Part shown: positions 1 to 10,764 of the stretch, piece after piece
Position numbering within the stretch: the stretch's first letter is position 1
How the letters are laid out: every line of letters begins with the position of its first letter
NCBI GenBank assembly: GCA_027622665.1
Contig: JAQBYT010000013.1
Location: 32,555-96,554 of the forward strand
DNA: 64,000 nt
Source: Verrucomicrobiota bacterium
GTDB lineage: Bacteria; Verrucomicrobiota; Verrucomicrobiia; Opitutales; Seribacteraceae
Direction of reading: 5' to 3'
Made by a program: the position numbers and the translations under genes
The notes under the pieces: generated by a model
Told to the model about the DNA's origin: nothing
What the model saw: only the letters and a program-made list of their open reading frames with translations
Databases searched by the model: none

Positions 1-434
1 GACTTGGCCGCCTGAAGGCGCATCTGCCGTGCTTCCCATACATTGTGAGTAAGAGGCTTTTGACAGAAGAGATGCTTGCCTTGGCGCATGGCGTCCAGTC
101 CCACTCGGGCATGCATGTGGTCGGGTATCCCGACGGTGACGGCATCGACCTTGTCACCCATTTTTTCGAGCAATTCTCGGTAGTCCTGAAAGACTGGGGC
201 GTCGGGGTTCAGTTTGCGGGCCTTTTCGGTGCGAGCGAGGTCCACGTCGCAAAAGGCGATGTATTTAGCCTTCGGATGGCTGGCCATTTGGCTGACGTCG
301 CCCCAACCGCGGCCTTCGGTGCCGACTGCTGCGAGCTGTAGACCGGAATTTAGGTTTTGGCCGCGAACGATTGAAGGTGCTCCCAGCAGAGGGAGGGCGA
401 CGGATGTCTTTTGAATGAATTGGCGACGTCTCAT
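1..434 (-). CDS. Gfo/Idh/MocA family oxidoreductase, Tat-exported (partial, runs off window start; absent from the ORF track)
   Basis: Manual minus-strand translation from ATG at 434: MRRRQFIQKTSVALPLLGAPSIVRGQNLNSGLQLAAVGTEGRGWGD...DAVTVGIPDHMH...GKHLFCQKPL. Twin-arginine leader, Rossmann-like motif and QKP motif. ATGA overlap with the upstream gene. Confidence 0.9.
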   Translation of the reverse strand, partial: MRRRQFIQKTSVALPLLGAPSIVRGQNLNSGLQLAAVGTEGRGWGDVSQMASHPKAKYIAFCDVDLARTEKARKLNPDAPVFQDYRELLEKMGDKVDAVTVGIPDHMHARVGLDAMRQGKHLFCQKPLTHNVWEARQMRLQAAK

Positions 435-1192
435 AGTATTTTAATTTGTGGACAGAATGGGGGCGATTCCCCTCTCTTTTTCTTGCTGGCCGCGCTTTTT
501 CTTTTTTTGGATTTCGGTAAAGCGTCCCATGGGGCCTTTCCCCCGCTGCCCTTCATGGTGTCATCCATCCATTTTCGGACGGCAGCCGGTTGTGTCCCAA
601 GACCACCGCCGGGAATAATGGCGAAGAGAGTGTGTCTGCCCGAGGCGGCATCCTCAATTACCCAACCACCCTCACTATCTCCCACCTTGCACGGATTATT
701 CTTTTTGGTGGTGATGTGACGTGCATGTAAGCCACTGCGCTTTGCTTTCTTGTCTCGGTAAAAATGTAAGCCTCCGGAATATCCGACCATGGTGAATGAA
801 ATAACACCGACTTTTATTGTTAACGGTCGGTTTAGAAGTCCAACCGTGTTAATCCCCGTAAGAGGTTTGTTAAATTGAACGAGACCCAAGTCTCCTTGGG
901 GTGCTAGATAGGCTTTTTTTAACCGTGCTGACTTGTCCGGTCCAAAACGAATCTCAATGTTTCTCTTGTCTGGGGTAAGGGCTTTCGGTTTCGCCAAGTG
1001 CGCCGCCGTGATGGCCCAAGTCGGGGCAATCCGCTGGGCTGTCCCCGTCCCGATTCTATTGCTGTCGATGTGATGACCTCTCCATCCTCCGCAGTAAGCG
1101 AAAGGTGATGTGCCGGTCGCTTTTTGTTTCCCTGTTGCGACACCTGCGAGCAGTAGTGAAGCGAGGAAGACCTTTACGACATTAGGTGACAT
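431..1192 (-). CDS. Secreted trypsin-like (S1) serine protease
   Basis: Signal peptide from MSPNVVKVFLASLLLAGVA. Triad motifs WAITAAH, GDLGLVQF and GDSEGG. Lys-rich C-terminal tail. Confidence 0.65.
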   Translation of the reverse strand: MSPNVVKVFLASLLLAGVATGKQKATGTSPFAYCGGWRGHHIDSNRIGTGTAQRIAPTWAITAAHLAKPKALTPDKRNIEIRFGPDKSARLKKAYLAPQGDLGLVQFNKPLTGINTVGLLNRPLTIKVGVISFTMVGYSGGLHFYRDKKAKRSGLHARHITTKKNNPCKVGDSEGGWVIEDAASGRHTLFAIIPGGGLGTQPAAVRKWMDDTMKGSGGKAPWDALPKSKKRKSAASKKKRGESPPFCPQIKIL

Positions 1193-1202
1193 GATAGATG
1201 GC

Positions 1203-2528
1203 TCACACCTTGGGCAACACATATGGCTTTCGCCATTCTTGGCGGCCCCTTAGGGCGTTGGCCTCGTTGTCGTTTTCAAAGGTTTCGGTTTTTGGGTCGA
1301 GGCGAAGCGAGCGATCTAGGCGGGCGGAGAGGTTGCCCGCATGGCAGAGGACGGATGCGCGGTGCCCTACGGTCTCTAGGTCGCAATTGGGGCGTTTGCG
1401 GGAGCGGACGCAGTCGATGAAGTTGGCGACGTGCGGGGTAGCGTCGGAGTTGCCGCCTTCTTGGGCGATGACTTTGCCCCCTCTTTCGATGGCTTTCCAA
1501 CCACTATTGCCGATCACCAGCTGGGCCTTGTCCCCGTATACCACGGCTCCTTCGGTTTCCTCCATTTGCCGATAGGGAGTCCAGAGCTTGAGTTCGTAGG
1601 TGAGTATGCGTGGGGTGGGTGAGTCGTAACGATAGGTCACCTGCATGGTGTCGGGGAACTCCTGATCGTCGTCGTAGTACCACTTGCCGCCGGCTGCGTG
1701 AATGGTGCGCGGGTGGTGAAGCGGAGTGGTCTTTTCCCATTCGAGGCAGGCGTTTAGCATGGCGAATGCCATGTCTATACGATGAACGCCGTCGTTTCCG
1801 AGGTCGCCCGTGCCGTAATCATAAAACCAACGCCAACGTCCGTGAAACCGGTTTTGGTTGAACGGGCGCTTGGGAGCGGGGCCTAGCCAGAGGTCATAGT
1901 TCACTTCCGCAGGAGGTTTCCCATTGGCCGGCTTGCCAATTCCTCCTTGGCGGGCGCTTTCCCATCCTTTGGCAAAGAGGCAGCGACCCACGCCACCTTC
2001 ACGACAGAACTGCATGGCAGTCTGAAGTCTGCTTGTCGAGCGGTGTTGTGAACCCATTTGAACGATTCGCTTGTGCTTGCGCATAGCTTCCACCATGCGT
2101 TGCCCTTCGATGATGTTGTGTCCGTCGGGTTTCTCGACGTAAACGTCCTTCCCGGCAAGGCAACCCAGGATCGTTGGAATCGCATGCCAGTGGTCTGGGG
2201 TGCCGACGCAGATGACGTCGATGGTCGGATCGTCGATGATTGGACGAAAATCTTGCATCGTCTGGGGCTTCTTGCCCTGCATCTTTTCGACCAGTTCAGC
2301 CACTGGACGCAGGCGGCGCAAGTCGACGTCGGCGATGGCGGCAATCTCAACGTCAGGATGGGCGGCGAAGATACGATTGAGTCGCGCCGCTCGGCCTCCT
2401 GCGCCGATCATGCCGGCTCGGATCCTTCCGTTCGGCGAACCTTTTTTTGCGAACCCCTTCTGCAATGCCAAGGCAGGGAAGGCGATGGCGGAAGACTTTA
2501 TAAAGTGACGGCGAGTATTTTCGTTCAT
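1203..2528 (-). CDS. Gfo/Idh/MocA family oxidoreductase, Tat-exported
   Basis: TRRHFIK leader, GMIGAGGRA, TPDHWH, YVEKP, WRWFYDYGTGDLGNDGVH. Confidence 0.92.
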   Translation of the reverse strand: MNENTRRHFIKSSAIAFPALALQKGFAKKGSPNGRIRAGMIGAGGRAARLNRIFAAHPDVEIAAIADVDLRRLRPVAELVEKMQGKKPQTMQDFRPIIDDPTIDVICVGTPDHWHAIPTILGCLAGKDVYVEKPDGHNIIEGQRMVEAMRKHKRIVQMGSQHRSTSRLQTAMQFCREGGVGRCLFAKGWESARQGGIGKPANGKPPAEVNYDLWLGPAPKRPFNQNRFHGRWRWFYDYGTGDLGNDGVHRIDMAFAMLNACLEWEKTTPLHHPRTIHAAGGKWYYDDDQEFPDTMQVTYRYDSPTPRILTYELKLWTPYRQMEETEGAVVYGDKAQLVIGNSGWKAIERGGKVIAQEGGNSDATPHVANFIDCVRSRKRPNCDLETVGHRASVLCHAGNLSARLDRSLRLDPKTETFENDNEANALRGRQEWRKPYVLPKV

Positions 2529-2552
2529 GAGAGGATAGTCAGTTTGAGATTT

Positions 2553-3506
2553 TCATGAATGGAGTCCCGAGATGATGGTTTTCAGGAATTCTCTGGATCG
2601 GCGAGCTAGAATGTCGATGCCCTCCGGCTTGACTGGGCGTGGTACTAAAGGCGCAAAAATATTTTCGCAGCATAGCGGTATAGTTCGCCCCGTGAAGGCT
2701 ACCGGATGAAGGAGTCGGTAGTGGTCGATTTCGCCGAACCCCGGCCCGCAGTCCTGATCCTTTGGCCAGTTGCGGTGATCCTTGATGCAGAAACTTCGAA
2801 CTTCCTCGGCGCATTTCTTGATGTCGGGAATGGGGTCTAGGTCTAGGTAGTCCATGACGTTGCCGGCATCGTAGTTGACTCGAATTCCGGGGTCATTCAC
2901 CTCACGGACGATTTCTGCGCATGCTTCGCCCGTGCCCGTGGAGCCGCCATGTTGCTTGACCACGAGGAGGACACCTTGATCTCGCGCGATTGGACCTAGT
3001 CTTTTAAAACGTTCGATCCAGACCTTGCGGTTCCCTCCCTTGGTATGGCCGAAGGTGAGTACTTGTCCTATGCCTGCTGCGCCAGCTTGCAGCAAGCGAT
3101 GCTTGAGAACCTCGAATCCATGCTCGTGCTCGGGATAAACGGTTGAGAACATCATGACCGGCTTTAGGCCCATGTCTCGACATCGCTGCGACAGATCCTT
3201 CGCTTTGGAGGGCGGGGCGTCCGTTGGCATTACGGGGACGCGTTTGCCCGAACCCGTCTCATCGTGCGAGGTCCCCCAGGCAATGTATTCGTAGCCGGTT
3301 TTCTTGATGCCTTCCAATGCTCGTTTGAGCGAGAATCTCGAGTAAGGCAAGGTCATGCATGCGATTTGGAAAGTCGTTGGCTTTATTGCCGGCAGAAGAT
3401 CCTTGCCCCTTGCTTGAGGGAATAAGGCCAAGGAGCCAGTTAGTCCGGCCTGCTTTAAAAAGGCCCGACGTTCAAAGATTTGTGGGGTTTCGGAATGACT
3501 CATCAC
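2553..3506 (-). CDS. Sugar phosphate isomerase/epimerase (xylose isomerase-like TIM barrel), Tat-exported
   Basis: ERRAFLK leader, VNYDAGN, FCIKDH, GFGEID, CCEN metal-ligand pattern. Confidence 0.8.
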   Translation of the reverse strand: MMSHSETPQIFERRAFLKQAGLTGSLALFPQARGKDLLPAIKPTTFQIACMTLPYSRFSLKRALEGIKKTGYEYIAWGTSHDETGSGKRVPVMPTDAPPSKAKDLSQRCRDMGLKPVMMFSTVYPEHEHGFEVLKHRLLQAGAAGIGQVLTFGHTKGGNRKVWIERFKRLGPIARDQGVLLVVKQHGGSTGTGEACAEIVREVNDPGIRVNYDAGNVMDYLDLDPIPDIKKCAEEVRSFCIKDHRNWPKDQDCGPGFGEIDHYRLLHPVAFTGRTIPLCCENIFAPLVPRPVKPEGIDILARRSREFLKTIISGLHS

Positions 3507-3651
3507 AGAGAATGTAAAAGTTGAGGTTCGCCCAAGGAAAGGAAAAAGTCTAATTGGAAGTGAATTTGTTGCCGAAGTAGGCTAGCATATTTCGACAGGC
3601 GACGCCTTTTCTGTATTCGACTTCCCGCAAACCTTTCCTAGTTTCATTTTC

Positions 3652-5559
3652 TTGGCCTTGATTAGTTACAGAAATCTCACCGTTTCCTTTGGTGGACCGC
3701 TCTTGCTTGATGATGTTACTCTCTCGATCAATAGGGGCGAGAGAATATGCATGTTGGGCAGGAACGGGGAAGGGAAGTCAACTCTTCTTCGCGTATTGGC
3801 GGGTCAAATCGTTCCTGATGGCGGAGAATGGGAAAAGTCGGATGATTTCCGACCGGCCAAGCTCGACCAGGAGATTCCTGCCGATCTTCCCGGTACGGTG
3901 CTGGAAATTGTGCTCGAGGCCCTTGGCGATGGGGCTCGCAGATTGGCTGACTACAATCGGATAGCTCAAGAACTCTCGAGTAATCCCGATGACACCCGAT
4001 TGATTGAGTGCCTAGATGATTTACAGGATCAGCTCGATAGTTCGGACGGATGGGCCTTGGCGCATAAGGCGGCGACCATGGTTGATCGCGTGGGGCTTAA
4101 CCCAAATGTTTCTTTTAACCAACTTTCCGGAGGTAATAAGAGCAGAGCTCTGCTGGCTCGAGCTCTGGTGAGTGAGCCTAGCCTTCTTCTCCTCGACGAA
4201 CCGACCAACCATCTCGACGTGCCCGGTATTCGATGGCTGGAGGACTTCCTTTCGAAGGGGGATGTTGCCGTGCTCTTTGTTTCTCACGATCGGGCGTTCA
4301 TTCGGGGCTTGGCTAACCGCATCTTGGATCTCGATCGTGGCCGGTTGAGGTCATGGACTTGCGGATATGACAAGTTCATTGAGCGACGATCCGCCGTCCT
4401 CGAGGCAGAGGCAAAGCAGAATGCCGTCTTCGACAAGAAACTTGCCGAGGAGGAGGTCTGGATTCGCAAAGGAATCCAAGCTCGAAGAACTCGTAACGAG
4501 GGCCGTGTTCGGGCTCTTTTAAAGTTACGCGAAGAACGTTCTTGCCGTCGCGAGAAACAGTCTCTCGTCAACCTAGATGCTTCCGACGGCCAACTTTCGG
4601 GAAGGAAGGTCATTTCTGCCCACAAGGTTTCTTATGCATGGGATGACGTTTTTATCGTTAAAGATTTCACGACCACAATTTGGCGCGGGGACAAAATAGG
4701 TGTCGTCGGCCTCAACGGTTCGGGAAAGACAACCTTTCTCCAGCTTCTCCTCAATCGTATTGAGCCTTCGGCCGGTGAGATCAAGCACGGAACAAAGCTC
4801 GAGGTTGCCTATTTCGATCAGCATCGGGCCCAACTTGATGAGGGGCTTACTGTAGCCGAGAATGTCTCGCCCTATGGCGACGTCGTGAAAGTGAATGGAA
4901 GTGACCGTCATATCCTGTCTTACCTGAAGGACTTTCTTTTTACCCCTGAGACGGCCCGCGGTCCTATTCGGAAGCTTTCGGGTGGCGAGCGAGCACGCCT
5001 TCTCCTCGCTCGTCTCTTTCTTCAGCCTGCCAATCTTCTCGTTATGGACGAGCCGACTAACGATCTCGACATTGAGACGATCGAGCTTCTGGAAGAACGT
5101 CTTCTGGCGTTCGATGGAACGATACTGCTAGTCAGTCACGATAGGGCTTTCCTGAATAACGTCGTTACCGCCACCTATGCCCTAGACGGCGACGGTTGCG
5201 TTACGGAGTACGCGGGTGGTTGCGACAAGTGGTTGGAGGAGTACCAAGCCCGTTTGGACTGCGTTCCAACCCTTGGCAGGGGGCAGAAACCTTTATGTGG
5301 GGGCGCCACTTCCTCGATGCCGTCCCCTCGAAAACTTAAGAACAAGGAGAGGGAGGCTCTCAAAACGCTTCCTGCTCTAATCGAAACATTGGAAGCCGAG
5401 CGCGAGCATCTCGCTGCTTCGCTCCATTCTCCGGAATACTATGGAGATTCCTCCAATGATCCTACCCGAGACGCCGCTCATCTGTCTTCGCTTGAAACTC
5501 GTATCTCCGATGCGTACGAACAATGGAGTGCTCTCGAAACCCTCGCCGCAGATCAATGA
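3652..5559 (+). CDS. uup: ABC-F family ATPase (Uup-like)
   Basis: Two ABC domains ([25 protein letters not shown] and [23 protein letters not shown]), linker [23 protein letters not shown] typical of Uup, C-terminal coiled coil. TTG start. Confidence 0.88.
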   Translation: MALISYRNLTVSFGGPLLLDDVTLSINRGERICMLGRNGEGKSTLLRVLAGQIVPDGGEWEKSDDFRPAKLDQEIPADLPGTVLEIVLEALGDGARRLADYNRIAQELSSNPDDTRLIECLDDLQDQLDSSDGWALAHKAATMVDRVGLNPNVSFNQLSGGNKSRALLARALVSEPSLLLLDEPTNHLDVPGIRWLEDFLSKGDVAVLFVSHDRAFIRGLANRILDLDRGRLRSWTCGYDKFIERRSAVLEAEAKQNAVFDKKLAEEEVWIRKGIQARRTRNEGRVRALLKLREERSCRREKQSLVNLDASDGQLSGRKVISAHKVSYAWDDVFIVKDFTTTIWRGDKIGVVGLNGSGKTTFLQLLLNRIEPSAGEIKHGTKLEVAYFDQHRAQLDEGLTVAENVSPYGDVVKVNGSDRHILSYLKDFLFTPETARGPIRKLSGGERARLLLARLFLQPANLLVMDEPTNDLDIETIELLEERLLAFDGTILLVSHDRAFLNNVVTATYALDGDGCVTEYAGGCDKWLEEYQARLDCVPTLGRGQKPLCGGATSSMPSPRKLKNKEREALKTLPALIETLEAEREHLAASLHSPEYYGDSSNDPTRDAAHLSSLETRISDAYEQWSALETLAADQ

Positions 5560-6302
5560 AAACAACTCTATTTTTCGTCTCTTCCTTCATTTCCTTTTTT
5601 ATCTCGTTTGTCGAAGGTCACGCCAAATCTAAAACCGTTTTGTTCATCGGAAATAGCTACACAGCAGGAAGCGCCTACTTTATCAAGGAAGTCTTCAAGC
5701 ATGAGACCACCGGATACGAACTCGCCTTCATGAACCCCGGAGGCAAGGACTTGACGCACCATCTCGCCTCTGAGCAAACTCTACGACTCATCGAGTCGCG
5801 TAAGTGGGACCACATTGTACTTCAAGGTCAAAGCCAGAAGTCCGGTCTCGGTGGCAAGCACACGAAAGAGTTCCACGAAGCAGTCGTTGGTCTCTGCAAG
5901 CTTGCTCGCAAGCAAGGATCTCGTCCCTGTCTGTACATGACTTGGGGGCGCCGGGACGGAGATAAAGAAAACCCGGATGCGTATCCTGACTTTCTCGCCA
6001 TGCAAAAAAAGATTAGTCGTGAATACTCGCAAGCCGCTCGTGGCAACGACGCGGATGTGGCCCCAGTCGGTCATGCCTTCGCCCTTCTCCATGTTGCCGA
6101 CAAATCCATTTTCTCCAGTCTTTACAAAAAGGACGGGAGTCATCCCGCTCCTCTTGGAGGTTATCTTGCTGCCTGTGTCTTTTTTGGCGAAATTACGGGC
6201 AAGTCGCCCGCGGGTATTAGCTGGAATGCCAATATCAATCCTGCCATCGCCGCCACCCTCCGGAAGACAGCAGTCAATGTTTTGGTTGGCGATACCTTCT
6301 AG
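5556..6302 (+). CDS. SGNH/GDSL-type hydrolase (DUF4886-like), secreted
   Basis: Signal peptide from MKTTLFF (ATG 5556), [24 protein letters not shown]. Confidence 0.8.
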   Translation: MKTTLFFVSSFISFFISFVEGHAKSKTVLFIGNSYTAGSAYFIKEVFKHETTGYELAFMNPGGKDLTHHLASEQTLRLIESRKWDHIVLQGQSQKSGLGGKHTKEFHEAVVGLCKLARKQGSRPCLYMTWGRRDGDKENPDAYPDFLAMQKKISREYSQAARGNDADVAPVGHAFALLHVADKSIFSSLYKKDGSHPAPLGGYLAACVFFGEITGKSPAGISWNANINPAIAATLRKTAVNVLVGDTF

Positions 6303-6422
6303 GGCTTGTCTTGGGAAACGAGTGGGGCTTGTTGCGGAAATTGTTTGGGTAAGGTTACCTTTCTCCTTGTCGGAGAAGGGGAGGAGCGCAAGGAACTCTC
6401 TCATTGCCTCATGTCTTATCCG

Positions 6423-7217
6423 ATGAAGAATCTTTACTCATGGTTGCTTGCTTCTTGTTTGCCACTGGCTGCGGAGACTCCTCAGTTCATTGTTCCGACA
6501 GGTCCTCTCGAGCTCTTCCAAGTCAAGGACTTGAGTGGTTTCACCACATGGTCGGAGGGCATCGGTACGGAAGATAAGGGCAGTGCCTTTTCCATAACGG
6601 ACGGTGTTATTCACATTTCCGGGGCGGGTCGTGGTTACGTAGGTCCCAAGCAAGGCTACAAGGATTATCATCTATCGGTGGAATACAAGTGGGGAAAGAA
6701 GACGGACGGCGGGAAGTATGTGCGAAACTCGGGCTTGCTAATCCATGCCACCGGTCCCGACGGTAACTCGGGGGATAAATGGATGGCTTCGGTGGAGTGT
6801 CAGTTGGCCCAAGGTTGCGAGGGCGACCTCATCGTCATTCGCGGGACCGATTTCGACAAGAAGACGATTCCCGTGACCTTAACTAGTGACACACTCAAGG
6901 CACGTGATAATCGTACCCGTTGGAATCCCGGCGGAAAGCCGACAAAGTGGTTCGGGCGGCAGTTCTGGTGGACGCACCACGATCCGGACTTCAAGGAACT
7001 GCTGGATACTCGTGGTCGATGGGATGTCGCCTCCCCCCTCGGGAAATGGACCAAGGTCGAGGTCATTTGCTTGACGGACCGCATCAATATCAAGGTGAAT
7101 GGTTTCACCGTGAATCAGGTCTACGAAGTTTTCCCCGCTGGCGGTCGCATCCTTTTTCAGAATGAGGGCCACGAAGTTTTTTTTCGGAACGCCATCCTTG
7201 AACCCGCCAAGAAGTGA
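6423..7217 (+). CDS. DUF1080 (3-keto-disaccharide hydrolase family) protein
   Basis: DYHLSVEYKWG, NSGLLIH, SVECQL, GKWTKVEVIC, GRILFQNEG, VFFRN. Signal-like N-terminus from MKNLYSW. Confidence 0.85.
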   Translation: MKNLYSWLLASCLPLAAETPQFIVPTGPLELFQVKDLSGFTTWSEGIGTEDKGSAFSITDGVIHISGAGRGYVGPKQGYKDYHLSVEYKWGKKTDGGKYVRNSGLLIHATGPDGNSGDKWMASVECQLAQGCEGDLIVIRGTDFDKKTIPVTLTSDTLKARDNRTRWNPGGKPTKWFGRQFWWTHHDPDFKELLDTRGRWDVASPLGKWTKVEVICLTDRINIKVNGFTVNQVYEVFPAGGRILFQNEGHEVFFRNAILEPAKK

Positions 7218-7224
7218 GACAGTT

Positions 7225-8517
7225 ATGAAACTCGAACGTGCATTTACCCGACGCAATTTCATTTCCAAATCGGCCGTTGCCACAGCCGGCACCGTCATTA
7301 CTTCGAGTTTGGCCGCTGACCCGGCCGAGAAAGCCGAGGTTCTCAAAGTGGGTTTAGTCGGTTGCGGGGGGCGTGGCACGGGTGCTTGCCGGCAGGCTTT
7401 GCAGGCGGACTCGGGAACTCGACTCGTAGCCATGGCAGACATGTTTTCGGATCGCTTGGATGGTAGTCTCGAACGCTTACTCGCAATTCCGGCTGTTTCT
7501 GAAAGAATATCAGTTCCTGCGGACAAGAGGTTCGTTGGTTTCGATGCCTTCGATCAGTTGCTCGCGAGTGGAGTGGACGTTGTCCTGCTGGCCACGCCCC
7601 CTCACTTCCGTCCCGTTCACATTGAGAAAGCTATCAACGCGGGCGTCCATGTCTTTGCGGAAAAGCCCGTGGCTGTGGATGGTCCGGGCATTCGGTCCGT
7701 GCTTGCTTCCTGTAAGCTTGCGAAGAAGAAAAAGCTCTCTGTCGTTTCCGGGCTTTGCCTGCGCCACTCTTACGGTCTTCAAGAGCTGGTGCATCGACTG
7801 CATGACGGTGCTATCGGTGATTTGCTCTCCCTTCAGGCCAATGACTATCGTGGTTCGATCTGGTACAAGGAACGGCAACCCGACTGGACTGACATGCATT
7901 ATCAAATGCGCAACTGGTATTATTACAGTTGGCTTTCGGGCGATTTCAACGTGGAACAGCACGTACATTTTCTCGATGTTTGCTCGTGGGCCAAAGGGGC
8001 CTACCCAATCAAGGCTGTGGGCATGGGTGGCCGGCATGTGCGCACGGAGAAAAAATACGGCAACATTTTCGACCATCATTCCATCGTCTATGAATACGCC
8101 GACGGGGCCAAGCTGTACAGCAACACCCGCCAGATGAAGGGCTGCAAGAGCAACATGAGCGCCGAGATCCAAGGGTCCGCGGGTCGGGCACGTTTTTCCG
8201 AGCGACGCAACGGAGTAACCATCGACGCCAAGGGCAAGGACCTATGGGTATATCGTGGAGAGGGCAATGACGTCTACCAGACTGAGCATGACGAACTTTT
8301 CGCTAGCATTCGATCCGGCAAGCCAATCAACAACGGAGAATACATGGCCAAGAGTACTTTGCTCGCCATCATGGGGCGCATGGCCACTTACACGGGGCAG
8401 GAGATCACTTGGGACATGGCTCTCAACTCGAAGGAAGTCCTAGGGCCCGAGAAACACGAGTGGGGCCCTGCCCCCGCCGTGCGTATTGCCATGCCGGGAT
8501 TGACGAAGTTCATTTGA
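7225..8517 (+). CDS. Gfo/Idh/MocA family oxidoreductase, Tat-exported
   Basis: TRRNFIS leader, GLVGCGGRGTGA, ATPPHFRP, FAEKPVAVD, WLSGDFNVEQHVH. Confidence 0.92.
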   Translation: MKLERAFTRRNFISKSAVATAGTVITSSLAADPAEKAEVLKVGLVGCGGRGTGACRQALQADSGTRLVAMADMFSDRLDGSLERLLAIPAVSERISVPADKRFVGFDAFDQLLASGVDVVLLATPPHFRPVHIEKAINAGVHVFAEKPVAVDGPGIRSVLASCKLAKKKKLSVVSGLCLRHSYGLQELVHRLHDGAIGDLLSLQANDYRGSIWYKERQPDWTDMHYQMRNWYYYSWLSGDFNVEQHVHFLDVCSWAKGAYPIKAVGMGGRHVRTEKKYGNIFDHHSIVYEYADGAKLYSNTRQMKGCKSNMSAEIQGSAGRARFSERRNGVTIDAKGKDLWVYRGEGNDVYQTEHDELFASIRSGKPINNGEYMAKSTLLAIMGRMATYTGQEITWDMALNSKEVLGPEKHEWGPAPAVRIAMPGLTKFI

Positions 8518-8527
8518 TGGTTTTCCT

Positions 8528-9835
8528 ATGAACCTTGTTCGCCTGTTATTCTTTTTCTTATTTATACAGGTTCTTGCCCCTGCCGAGATTCATCAAGTGG
8601 GGCCTTCGGACGACTGGTTCGGTTTGCTTCACGGTGACGGTTTGCAACCGGGTGACGAAGTTGTCCTGCTGGAGGGAACTTACTCCAATCCGCGTATGCT
8701 TGTACTTAGTCATGTCGGCACCTCGGCGAACCCCATAGTTATCCGGGCCGCCGTAGGAGCCAAAGTCATCTTCCGCAGGCCCGACGATCGCCAAAACACT
8801 TTTAATCTATCGGGGACGCAGTACATAACGCTCAAGGGGTTCGAGATCACGGGAGGTGCCGCCGCTATTCGCATCTATAAGCATGGAGACACTATGGCTA
8901 AATTCGTTACGTTGGAGGGTTTGCACATTCATCACTTGGGGGGTGTGGCAGTGACTTGTAACCATGTGGGGAACCTCTATGAAGGCATGGTTTTTCGGCG
9001 CAACCACATTCATCATACGAGCGGACATGGCGAAGCATTCTATCTGGGATCTAATTCGGAATCCAATGGCAAGACCCAGACCCAGTTTTTTCATGGACTT
9101 ATCGAAGGGAACTACATCCATGACTTGAAGGGACCGCAGGTGAGCCAAGGAGACGGCATCGAGTTGAAAGACGGGAGCTGGGGCAACTTGGTGCGCGATA
9201 ATGTAATACACGATGTGAAATACCCCGGCGTCATCGTTTACGATACGGACGGTAAGGAACCGAACGTGATCGAACGCAACCTCATCTTCAACGTAGCGGA
9301 CAGCGGCATTCAGGCGGCATCCGATGCCGTCGTGCGGAACAACGTTATTTTTAACTGCGGCGGTGCGGGCATCTATTCACGAGACCATCAAAGTGCCGTA
9401 GTGGGGAATCTGACCATCACCCACAACACCGTTGTGAATACGGGAAAGACCGCCTTACGTATTATTCCACCGAGCAAGGGGAAATATTCCGGGTCCGTGA
9501 TCGAGGCAAATAATGCACTCTATGGCGGCACCGCCTTACGGGTACCTGCTGATGGTTTCGTGACCTTTTCCGGTAATGTGGGGCAGGGGAGTGTTTCGGT
9601 CTCAAAGCTTGGTCTCGACGAGTGGCGAAACACCGGAAGATTGAATCGTGACCTGACTGAGGCATTATACCCGATCGGAGGATCGTCTCTGCTCAGGATG
9701 GCCAATCCGAGATATTCTACGAAAGATGATTTCGATGGTCGCTCGCGCGGTTCTTCCCGCGACGTCGGGGCTTACCGCTTTGAAGCGAAAGGACCCGCTT
9801 GGCGAATTACTCGAGGGTTCAAACCGATTCGTTGA
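8528..9835 (+). CDS. Secreted right-handed parallel beta-helix protein (polysaccharide lyase-like fold)
   Basis: PGDEVVLLEGTY, repeated NxIH/N motifs, C-terminal DFDGRSR...DVGAY (choice-of-anchor Q-like). Confidence 0.75.
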   Translation: MNLVRLLFFFLFIQVLAPAEIHQVGPSDDWFGLLHGDGLQPGDEVVLLEGTYSNPRMLVLSHVGTSANPIVIRAAVGAKVIFRRPDDRQNTFNLSGTQYITLKGFEITGGAAAIRIYKHGDTMAKFVTLEGLHIHHLGGVAVTCNHVGNLYEGMVFRRNHIHHTSGHGEAFYLGSNSESNGKTQTQFFHGLIEGNYIHDLKGPQVSQGDGIELKDGSWGNLVRDNVIHDVKYPGVIVYDTDGKEPNVIERNLIFNVADSGIQAASDAVVRNNVIFNCGGAGIYSRDHQSAVVGNLTITHNTVVNTGKTALRIIPPSKGKYSGSVIEANNALYGGTALRVPADGFVTFSGNVGQGSVSVSKLGLDEWRNTGRLNRDLTEALYPIGGSSLLRMANPRYSTKDDFDGRSRGSSRDVGAYRFEAKGPAWRITRGFKPIR

Positions 9836-10649
9836 ACGGCCATAACTTTGCTCGTCCTTTCTCGTGCATGGGAGAGGCGTACTCGCTCACCTCGTAGGCT
9901 TCGCAGCATTTGACTGCTTGTCCATGTTCCTCGCCGTAGTTCGCGACGAGGGCATCGCGAAATCGATTTGCCCGTTCCGCGACTTGCTCGTAAAACCAGC
10001 CACGAAGCCATTCTAGTTTGGCGTTTTCGTCTTCAGGTACTTGATCGAGAATGCCTCCCTCGTAGGGCAGCCACTCGAAGACTTGCGTACGGTGGCAGGC
10101 CAGCATTGCGACAATTGAATCGACTTGTTCGCCCACGTCCAAGACCAGATCCGGTCGCAAGGGAGCTGGTCTTGTGAAGAGATCCGGCATGTAAAGAATG
10201 ACGGGATCGTTGAAGAGTGGAGGTACTTCGGGAAGAATGTTTGGTACGGTGACGAGATAGGATGCGTCCTGTACGAGTTGCCCGACAGCCCGGTGATCCG
10301 GATGGTAGTCGCAGGAACGGTGTGTAAGCACGAGGTCTGGCCGGAAGGTTCGAATCTCGCGGATAACGCGTTCGCGGTTTTTGAGTGTGGCTTCGAGGTG
10401 GGCGTCGGGCAAATCCCAGTTGACGTACTCGGCCCCGATCACTTTGCCTGCGTTCGCTGATTCGCTCTGGCGTAGCTTGCGAAGGTCTTCGGGGGATCGT
10501 TTGTGGTGGCCTGCAGCGCCGTCGGTGAGCGAAATTAGCTTTACCGTGGCGTCCAATTCCTTGCGGTAGCGAGTAAGGAGACCACCCGCATGGTATTCGG
10601 CGTCGTCGGGATGCGCTCCGAACAGAAGAATTCGAGGTGGTAAGGACAT
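9819..10649 (-). CDS. PIG-L family deacetylase
   Basis: GAHPDDAE and DYHPDH zinc-binding motifs. Confidence 0.9.
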   Translation of the reverse strand: MSLPPRILLFGAHPDDAEYHAGGLLTRYRKELDATVKLISLTDGAAGHHKRSPEDLRKLRQSESANAGKVIGAEYVNWDLPDAHLEATLKNRERVIREIRTFRPDLVLTHRSCDYHPDHRAVGQLVQDASYLVTVPNILPEVPPLFNDPVILYMPDLFTRPAPLRPDLVLDVGEQVDSIVAMLACHRTQVFEWLPYEGGILDQVPEDENAKLEWLRGWFYEQVAERANRFRDALVANYGEEHGQAVKCCEAYEVSEYASPMHEKGRAKLWPFNESV

Positions 10650-10764
10650 TGCTGTTTTCCGTTATGTTTTGTCTTGCCGCTTATGGACGAGGTGAAGAAT
10701 CTTTCTTCTTTTATCGTTCAGCCCAAAGGCTAGATCGCAAACCTCAAATACAAATCAATGACAC

